A program made the translations under genes and the position numbers. A stretch of 64,000 nt of DNA from contig CAVNZM010000017.1 in assembly GCA_963693365.1 (NCBI GenBank), positions 1,155,989 through 1,219,988 of the forward strand, given 5' to 3'. Position 1 is the first letter of the stretch; each line of letters starts with the position of its first letter. Positions 54,401 through 64,000 of this stretch are shown here, piece by piece. The notes under the pieces are model-generated. The model was not told the DNA's origin and did no database searches. It saw only the letters and a list, made by a program, of their open reading frames with translations. Source of the stretch: Amoebidium appalachense. Lineage: Eukaryota; Protista; Ichthyosporea.

Positions 54401-55948
54401 GATGTTGATGGGGGTACCGGGGGGGACTGGCAGGGTGGTGGTGGCTTGAAGTCCAACCTTGCCCTGGAGACGGGCAGAACGACGGGGTGCAGGAACCGGG
54501 GTAGGTGGAGACGGTGGGGGGGGAACTTGGAAGTTCGGAAGTGCAGGGGGGGCAACCTCCGGGCTGGACGGGGCCGAGTGGAAGTTGTCGGGGGAGCCGG
54601 GTCGGATGGGTGTGACGTTGCCAGGGCCAGGATGAGGGTCGGCAGGCTGGACGGGCACGGGGGCAGGGGGGCCGGTGGGGGGGGGTGTCGGGGGAACGAC
54701 GATGGCAGGAGGGGGGCCAGAGTACACCAGACAAACATCATCTTCAGTGTCAACTGTGGGGGGTGGGGTGGTCGAGGTAGCAGGGGTGTCGGGGGTCGGA
54801 AGGGTTGATGGAATGTCGGACGGGAGATAAGCTGATTCGTCGAAAATCACATCACGGAAGAGGCCGACACGATGGGTGGTGGCATTGAAGATCCGGTGGC
54901 AGTGTGATTGAAGATCATAGCCGATATACATGCCGAGTTTGACGGTGGGGGCCAGCTTGTTCCGTTTAGAGGCTGGCACGTGAGTGTAGGCAGGGCAACC
55001 GAACACTTTGAGCTCGGAGATGTCGGGCTTGACACCGTAGAAAACCTCGAATGGTGTACGACCATTGGCAGTCGTGGACGGGGTGACGTTGATGATGTAG
55101 GCGGCATGTTGGAGGGCCTCAGCCCACAGTTTGGGAGACAGAGACTGATCTTGGACTTGATGGAGGAGGCAACGGACAATCTCTTGGAGGAACCGCATAC
55201 GTCGTTCAACATAGCCGTTCAGTTGAGGGCAGTCCACCGGAGCATAGCTGGCCTTGATGCCCTGGGAGAGGCAAAAGCACGGGTATCCTTGGAGGTGAAC
55301 TCAGAGCCGGAGTCGAAGTGGTAAACACCAACTTTGGAGGGGGCATGGGTGGCAAGAGGTTGGTGTGAGCTGTGAGAATATCCAGGGTGGTGGTACGGTC
55401 GGCCATCGGGTAGATCGACGAGGCCAGAGGCCGGCAGACAGTGACAGAGCACTGGAACCTCCGTACATTTTGGTAGGCTCAAAAAAATCCCAATGCCATT
55501 CATGACCGGGGATGTTGGAGTGAGGACGGTCACCCCTGAACGGAGCCTTGGTGGTCTTACCCAAATGCAGCCAGACAATCAGGAACATCACAGTCGAGGA
55601 CAGAGGAGGGGAGACCAATAACAAGGTCGTGTTTCACCATGTCCTTGATGCTGGTCATAGCCGGGCCCCAGACGAGGTGCCAGATGGATGGGTTACACTG
55701 GTAGTGGCAGCCAGAGCCACAGGACGAGTGGGTGGTTGAATGGTGTAGTCCTTGAAGTAATACAGACCGTTGTGTAGACGGAGGTGACGAGATGACGGCC
55801 GGTGAGTGGTCGAAGAGGAAGAGGAGGAGGCATCGTTCAAATCACCCTGATGTATCGGAGCAGTTGGGATGTTGATGAGGAAGGCTGGCCAGACGGGGGT
55901 AGTAGGCTTCAATGGTTAGGGTGGTAGTGCCATGGTCGGTGGTGGTGT
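51492..55948 (-). mobile_element. Ty1/Copia element, 3' half (3' LTR about 51492-52418 plus IN-RT-RH), inverted duplicate of 58200-62706
   Basis: Reverse complement of the + copy. ORF 55237-52838 has YVDD and YTDADFA. Segment 55250-55948 has many small deletions relative to the + copy. Confidence 0.9.
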
Positions 55949-58900
55949 TGTTGTAATACGTAGTATTTACATATGGTAAGATCTTCTCAGTTTGTGTTAT
56001 GTTTCAGTTCATATGCTTAGTGTAAATGCCACACTCCTATTATGTAAAGTGTAGCATCGATCTCCGATATGCTTGTATACTTGTAATCGTGTTGTATCGG
56101 CTTTAATCGTGTATTGTAATATCGATTAGAATATTTATATGTGTGTACACGGATCCACCCACTCAGGGAGAGACGTGTACATGTTCGTGTGTACATAAAT
56201 ATCTCTGGTTATAGTTATGCTATTACTATCTTGTTTGTTGATCTGTGCTCTCTTTTCCTTCCTCTTTCTCCTTCCTTATTTTCTTTTCTTTCTCTCCTTG
56301 TCTTCATGTGTATAATCGTATTTCTTTTCTACTAATATATGTTAGGTAGATTTGTGTTACTTAATACGTGTTCATTGGACGGTAACACACTTAGGCTACA
56401 CTTAGAATAGCATGTGTGTTTAGACTTCATTAATTCACTTTAGTTTTCATGTGTTGCCGGGCTTTAACCAATCATCAAGGTTAAGTGTGATATGTCTGAG
56501 TCTTTGCAGTATGTCATAGGTTAGAACTTCCTTGATGATGACACGAGTTGATCCTAACTAGTGTCTGTGTCCTATCGTGTACGCCTCCGCGTACCGGATC
56601 TCTCTGAAAGCAATTGGTTCTTAGTGATTGGTTTCTATTAGAGATGGATCTGATTTCCGACTGGTCGGAAATCATGTATGGATTGGACTTAGAGGAATTT
56701 CAGGTATTTATTCGAAGATCAGAATAAATTCAGTTCAGTCGTGTCTAAACATTGATGTCTGTTGTGTACACTGCTCCGATCGTTCCGTGTTTTGTTGTTG
56801 TGTGTGTCTGTGGTGTTTTCACACTGCACCACTGTGTCTCTGCTTACATCCCAAATACTAATAAAAATTAACAGGTTATGCAGCCCTTTTGTACGCTCCC
56901 TACACACATCTAGAACTCGCGCTCGTTTTTCAATCATGGATCCAAACAAAACTGGCGTAAACAAAATCACCATGTGGAAAGGTGAAGGGAAGACTGGTCC
57001 CGATAGCAAAACTACCTATTTTCAATGGGAAATCATTTTTCTCGGCATGATGACCGGCACTAAAGGTGTCCGACTCGTGGATGTTGTCCTTGCTGACAAC
57101 TACGTCCCCCCTACCACCGTCGCGGTTGACGGTGAACCCCCCTTCTATGGCTACGGCACTACCGCGGAACTCAAAGAGGCCCGCAATTGCCTCCTGCTCC
57201 ATATGATACAGAACATCGACCCTTCCGTCCTCACCACCGTTGCCCAGTACCGTATTGGCATGGACCCTGAACGGGCCATGTGGAAATTCCGTCAACACTA
57301 TCTCCAAGGCAAACCCGATCAGATCCGCATCCTTCACCGTCAGTGGGATGCCTGTGCCCTTCAGCCCGGTGAATCATTCACCACCTACCTGAGCCGTCTG
57401 CAGACCATCGTGAACCAGCTCCAGTCTCTCCAAGATGAGTCCATTCACTTCACTCGTCTAGCTGAGAAGTTCTTCAATGAACTCACCACCAGAGACGACC
57501 TCACCCCTGAGTTCAATCGTCTTATCGAAGACTATCACTTCGGTGATAAGCTATTCCCCGACTTCGAGTCCCTCCATAACCACGTCAAGGGCATCGAGTT
57601 ACGTCAAGACCTCAAGATGCAACTCCGGAACAACCGTGCCCACCGTGCCTCCAAGTCCAGCATGGCATTAAATGCCAGTGCTCCCCCCCGTGATCTTCCT
57701 CGCCGTGACTTACGCACCCGACTTGACCGTACCTCTGGCACGGACCTCCGAACTCGTCTCTCCCGTCAGCACACCCGATCCCGTTCCCCCCACCGGCCTG
57801 CCTTCCGGTCCACGTCTCGTTCCCCCAGTCGTTCCCGTTTCTCGGGTTCCCGTCGTTCTGATTCCCCGGCTCGTTCTAACACCCCGTCCGTGAAAGAATG
57901 CTCCTACTGCCACGAGCCTGATCACACGATCATCGATTGCCCTGAGCCGAAATGCCGTATGTCCAGACACAACCGTTCCCGTCAAGGCAGTGAGAAATCT
58001 GTCTCCTTTGCTTTCTCGGCATACAATGCTAGCTCCGTCCCCGTGTCCTCCGACCCTGCCTGGGATTCCGGGTGCAACATGACTGTTTGCCCCACCCGTG
58101 AGTTCTTCCATGACCTCACTCCCCTTCCGACACCGACTCCCGTTGCTGCCTTCAATGGCACCCCCGTCTTGGCCACTCACACCGGCCATATCGTCATCAA
58201 CACCACCACCGACCATGGCACTACCACCCTAACCATTGAAGCCTACTACACCCCGTCTGGCCAAGCCTTCCTCATTTCAACATCCCAAGCTGCTGCCGAA
58301 TACATCAAGGGTGATTTGAACGATGCCTCCACTCCGTCATTCCTCTTCGACCGACTCACCGGCCGTCATCTCGTCAACCTCCGTCTACACAACGGTCTGT
58401 ATTACTTCAAGGACTACACCATTCAACCACCCACTCGTCCTGTGGCTCTGGCTGCCACTACCAGTGTTAACCCATCCATCTGGCACCATCGTCTGGGGCA
58501 CCGAGCTATGACCAGCATCAAGGACATGGTGAAACACGACCTTGTTATTGGTCTCCCCTCCTCTGTCCTCGACTGTGATGTTCCTGATTGTCATGGCTGC
58601 ATTATGGGTAAGACCACCAAGGCTCCGTTCAGGGGTGACCGTCCTCACTCCAACATCCCCGGTCATGAATGGCATTGGGATTTTTTTTGAGCCTACCACA
58701 ACATCGTACGGAGGTTCCAAGGTTGCTCTCGTCACTGTCTGCCGTGCCTCTGGCCTCGTCAAGATCTACCCGATGGCCGACCGTACCACCACCCTGGATA
58801 TTCTCACAGCTCACACCAACCTCGTTGCCACCCATGCCCCCTCCAAAGTTGGTGTTTACCACTTCGACTCCGGCTCTGAGTTCACCTCCAAGGATACCCG

Positions 58901-61900
58901 TGCTTTTTGCCTCTCCCAGGGCATCAAGGCCAGCTATGCTCCGGTGGACTGCCCTCAACTGAACGGCTATGTTGAACGACGTATGCGGTTCCTCCAAGAG
59001 ATTGTCCGTTGCCTCCTCCATCAAGTCCAAGATCAGTCTCTGTCTCCCAAACTGTGGGCTGAGGCCCTCCAACATGCCGCCTACATCATCAACGTCACCC
59101 CGTCCACGACTGCCAATGGTCGTACACCATTCGAGGTTTTCTACGGTGTCAAGCCCGACATCTCCGAGCTCAAAGTGTTCGGTTGCCCTGCCTACACTCA
59201 CGTGCCAGCCTCTAAACGGAACAAGCTGGCCCCCACCGTCAAACTCGGCATGTATATCGGCTATGATCTTCAATCACACTGCCACCGGATCTTCAATGCC
59301 ACCACCCATCGTGTCGGCCTCTTCCGTGATGTGATTTTCGACGAATCAGCTTATCTCCCGTCCGACATTCCATCAACCCTTCCGACCCCCGACACCCCTG
59401 CTACCTCGACCACCCCACCCCCCACAGTTGACACTGAAGATGATGTTTGTCTGGTGTACTCTGGCCCCCCTCCTGCCATCGTCGTTCCCCCGACACCCCC
59501 CCCCCCACCGGCCCCCCTGCCCCCGTGCCCGTCCAGCCTGCCGACCCTCATCCTGGCCCTGGCAACGTCACACCCATCCGACCCGGCTCCCCCGACAACT
59601 TCCACTCGGCCCCGTCCAGCCCGGAGGTTGCCCCCCCTGCACTTCCGAACTTCCAAGTTCCCCCCCCACCGTCTCCACCTACCCCGGTTCCTGCACCCCG
59701 TCGTTCTGCCCGTCTCCAGGGCAAGGTTGGACTTCAAGCCACCACCACCCTGCCAGTCCCCCCCGGTACCCCCATCAACATCGACCAACTACCCAAACTT
59801 GTCCGTCAACTCTGTTCCGGACCCAATGGTGATCAGGTCAAGTCAGCCCTGACTGCTGAGTATCAAGCCTTCGTCGACAAAGACATCTTTGAACTTGTTG
59901 ACCCTCCCCCTGGTGCTAACATCGTCGGCTTCAAGTGGATTGTCTCCGAGAAAACTCTCAACTCGGCTGGTGACACCAAGATCAAGGCACGTGGTGTTGC
60001 TCAAGGCTTCAGTCAGCAATACGGTGTTGACTATGAGTTGATTGAGAGCCCTGTCATCCGTCCGGCTGCTCTCCGTGCCATCCTAGCTCTGGCCGTTGTT
60101 GAAGGTCATGACATACATCAACTCGACGTGTCTACGGCCTTTCTCAACAGCCCACTCACCGAGACCATCTACATGAAACAACCCCCGGGATTCATCACCA
60201 TGGCCACACTTGGCAAGGTCTGGAGACTCAAGAAAGCCCTGTACGGCCTCAAGCAAGCCTCCAAGGCTTGGTACGACTTCCTCGACGGCATTCTTCTTGC
60301 CCATGGCCTGACCCGTACTAAGACCGACCCGTGCATCTACCTCCGGTTCTTCCCCAACAACGATGTGGTACGGGCTGGTAACTACGTCGATGACTCCACC
60401 ATCACCAACACCCGGGGTTCTACTGCTGCCAGTGACCTGGCTGCCCACATCAGCAAGATGGCCAGCTGTCGTATGAGTCCATTTGACCGTATGCTCGGTG
60501 TTGATTTTAATCACTCTGATCCCCATCACCTCCACATGCACCAGAGGTCTTACATCATGGATATCATCCACGACTTCAACCTCACCGATGCCAAGTCCAA
60601 GTCTACCCCCATCCCTGCAGGCACCACCGTCTCCCTGGCTGATTGCCCCCCCCAACCGTTCACCGTGCCCTACCGTGAGTTACTCGGCCGTCTCCTCTGG
60701 GTGGCACGGTGCACACGTCCCGACATTGCCTATGCCATCGGCTTCCTTGGTCGGTTCAGCACCAACCCCGGCAAGACTCACTGGGACCTTCTCCGTCGTG
60801 TGGCCCGGTACCTGCTCGGCACCATTGACCTTGGCATTGACTACAAGTACTCGGCCACCCAGTCCCCCATACTCGAATGCTACACGGATGCTGACTTTGC
60901 TGGTTGTGCCGACAGCAAGAAGTCTACCACCGGCTACATTATCGTGTTTGCTGGTATGCCCGTCATCTGGTACTCCAAGCTCCAGCCCATCACGGCCACC
61001 AGCACCACTGAAGCTGAGCTGATTGCTCTCAATGCTGGCACCCAAGAAGTTGCTTGGGTCCGTGACCTCTTCAAGGAACTCGGCTGTCCCATGCTTGCTC
61101 CGACTCCGGTGTACTGTGACAACCAGTCGACCATTGCCATCGTCAACTCCACCGGCATCAAGCACCGTACCAAACACATTGCCGTCCGGTATCACAACAC
61201 CAAGGACTACATTGCCAGTGGGGACGTGGTTGTCCACTACGTTGAGTCAGCCCACAACTTAGCTGACATACTCACCAAACCCCTCCCCCGGCCCGAGTCA
61301 TGTCCACCATCGTGCTCGACTTTGTTTACCGGATATTGTGGATTGACCCGACCTACTTCAAGAGTGATTTTCTCATGTGTACTACTTACTTTATCAACAT
61401 CATTATATCATATGTATTGCCTTTGTGGGTATGCCCACTTAGGGTTTATATATAAGGTTTGACCTGTACCATCACTCTACTCTATCTTTCACTGGTTTAA
61501 AACCCAGTTAATCAAACACCGCCTATACACGTTATATATATTCGTTGTTTTTGCCCCGGTTCCTTCCCCCCCCCCCCCTCCCCCCCCCCCCCCCCCCTTC
61601 CCCCCCCCCTTCCCCCCCCCCCCTTCCCCCCCCCCCCCTCCCCCCCCTTCTCCCCCCCCCCCCCCCCCCCCGGAAAAGTACACACTTTAATTTTTTTTTT
61701 TCCGTTTCTGTTCTCAAGTGGGGAGATTTCACTAGTTCAGTGGGGATATGATAACACAAACTTCAAAGTCTTAAGTGGGGATGTTGTAATACGTAGTATT
61801 TACATATGGTAAGATCTTCTCAGTTTGTGTTATGTTTCAGTTCATATGCTTAGTGTAAATGCCACACTCCTATTATGTAAAGTGTAGCATCGATCTCCGA

Positions 61901-62706
61901 TATGCTTGTATACTTGTAATCGTGTTGTATCGGCTTTAATCGTGTATTGTAATATCGATTAGAATATTTATATGTGTGTACACGGATCCACCCACTCAGG
62001 GAGAGACGTGTACATGTTCGTGTGTACATAAATATCTCTGGTTATAGTTATGCTATTACTATCTTGTTTGTGGATCTGTGCTCTCTTTTCCTTCCTCTTT
62101 CTCCTTCCTTATTTTCTTTTCTTTCTCTCCTTGTCTTCATGTGTATAATCGTATTTCTTTTCTACTAATATATGTTAGGTAGATTTGTGTTACTTAATAC
62201 GTGTTCATTGGACGGTAACACACTTAGGCTACACTTAGAATAGCATGTGTGTTTAGACTTCATTAATTCACTTTAGTTTTCATGTGTTGCCGGGCTTTAA
62301 CCAATCATCAAGGTTAAGTGTGATATGTCTGAGTCTTTGCAGTATGTCATAGGTTAGAACTTCCTTGATGATGACACGAGTTGATCCTAACTAGTGTCTG
62401 TGTCCTATCGTGTACGCCTCCGCGTACCGGATCTCTCTGAAAGCAATTGGTTATTAGTGATTGGTTTCTATTAGAGATGGATCTGATTTCCGACTGGTCG
62501 GAAATCATGTATGGATTGGACTTAGAGGAATTTCAGGTATTTATTCGAAGATCAGAATAAATTCAGTTTAGTCGTGTCTAAACATTGATGTCTGTTGTGT
62601 ACACTGCTCCGATCGTTCCGTGTTTTGTTGTTGTGTGTGTCTGTGGTGTTTTCACACTGCACCACTGTGTCTCTGCTTACATCCCAAATACTTATAAAAA
62701 TTAACA
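55949..62706 (+). mobile_element. Full-length Ty1/Copia LTR retrotransposon
   Basis: 925-bp LTRs 55949-56873 and 61782-62706 (TGTT...AACA). PBS GGTTATGCAGCCC (copia-type half-tRNA-iMet-like). PPT aagtgggga. No matching TSD. Confidence 0.95.
56936..61346 (+). CDS. Copia Gag-Pol polyprotein (homopolymer frameshifts near 58685, 59500 and 61287)
   Basis: CSYCHEPDHTIIDC knuckle, WDSGCN protease, WHHRLGH...CHGC, FDSGSEF, PQLNGYVER, KARGVAQGFSQ, QLDVSTAFLN, YVDD, YTDADFA, NLADILTK. Confidence 0.93.
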
Positions 62707-62841
62707 CTTAGTAGAGTGCCGCGTCTCTAGTACACATACATTAGGATACGACAAGCTACACCTTTCTTTTAGTGCGGTTTTTCGCGCTAGGGTAACGCGG
62801 TGACAGTTCCTTCTGGGCTGTTGCTACACCTCAAACACACA

Positions 62842-62877
<36 letters not shown>

Positions 62878-63162
62878 ATAAACACAACCACACGAGTTAG
62901 GGCACACACCACACAATGGCTAAGTTTAACGTAGACATGTTCTACGCATTGGCAGCGGAGGATAGCTCCCTGCACACACAGGTACAACAGGTTCATACAC
63001 TAGACGTTAGACAGACCACAGCTTTCAGTTTTACACTCAAACACGACTCGGAAATCCCTAGGTGGCTTAGGACACTCCTAGCTAACACACCCACACTAGT
63101 GTTAGACACAAAGAAGGCCCCCACTGTGGCGGCCTCGCGCTTAATGATCAAACAGTGCATCG
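62707..63162 (+). mobile_element. Inverted duplicate of the chromovirus LTR end, leader and gag start
   Basis: Reverse complement of about 51040-51491 (MAKFNVDMF... at 62916), truncated at ...gtgcatcg. Confidence 0.9.
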
Positions 63163-64000
63163 TGAAAACACCACAGACACACACAACAACAAAACACGGA
63201 ACGATCGGAGCAGTGTACACAACAGACATCAATGTTTAGACACGACTGAACTGAATTTATTCTGATCTTCGAATAAATACCTGAAATTCCTCTAAGTCCA
63301 ATCCATACATGATTTCCGACCAGTCGGAAATCAGATCCATCTCTAATAGAAACCAATCACTAAGAACCAATTGCTTTCAGAGAGATCCGGTACGCGGAGG
63401 CGTACACGATAGGACACAGACACTAGTTAGGATCAACTCGTGTCATCATCAAGGAAGTTCTAACCTATGACATACTGCAAAGACTCAGACATATCACACT
63501 TAACCTTGATGATTGGTTAAAGCCCGGCAACACATGAAAACTAAAGTGAATTAATGAAGTCTAAACACACATGCTATTCTAAGTGTAGCCTAAGTGTGTT
63601 ACCGTCCAATGAACACGTATTAAGTAACACAAATCTACCTAACATATATTAGTAGAAAAGAAATACGATTATACACATGAAGACAAGGAGAGAAAGAAAA
63701 GAAAATAAGGAAGGAGAAAGAGGAAGGAAAAGAGAGCACAGATCCACAAACAAGATAGTAATAGCATAACTATAACCAGAGATATTTATGTACACACGAA
63801 CATGTACACGTCTCTCCCTGAGTGGGTGGATCCGTGTACACACATATAAATATTCTAATCGATATTACAATACACGATTAAAGCCGATACAACACGATTA
63901 CAAGTATACAAGCATATCGGAGATCGATGCTACACTTTACATAATAGGAGTGTGGCATTTACACTAAGCATATGAACTGAAACATAACACAAACTGAGAA
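63163..64000 (-). mobile_element. Fourth Copia LTR copy (lacks about 50 bp of its U5 end; runs off the window)
   Basis: Reverse complement of 55983-56820. Confidence 0.92.

Noticed and set aside
44727-61346. Programmed frameshifts or pseudogenisation of the Gypsy and Copia ORFs
   Set aside because: Breaks mostly fall in homopolymers, and two Copia breaks are in frame in the duplicate copy, so sequencing error is more likely.

Overview
This is eukaryotic genomic DNA, intron-dense and microsatellite-rich. A unicellular opisthokont such as an ichthyosporean is my guess; the sequence does not prove it. There are three zones. (1) 1-27 kb holds three multi-exon genes: the 3' part of an SdrD-B-repeat/calcium-binding-EGF protein (+), an arsenite methyltransferase with a predicted mitochondrial presequence and an N-terminal Cys-Cys repeat domain (-), and a MAM33/p32 mitochondrial matrix protein (-). 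Their introns are built from (GT)n, poly-G, poly-C and (CA)n tracts. They also carry about 10 copies of an unrecognised structured, non-coding repeat that ends at a poly-C tract, is variably 5'-truncated and always lies sense to the host gene. I rank this repeat as the best candidate for a new system. (2) 27-35 kb holds two tandem intronless Chk1/CAMK-like kinases. (3) 35-64 kb is an LTR-retrotransposon cluster: a young non-autonomous Gypsy derivative, then an LTR element interrupted by a chromovirus, which is in turn interrupted by a Copia element caught in a large inverted duplication. Most frameshifts fall in homopolymers and are probably long-read errors. Exon boundaries were read by eye.
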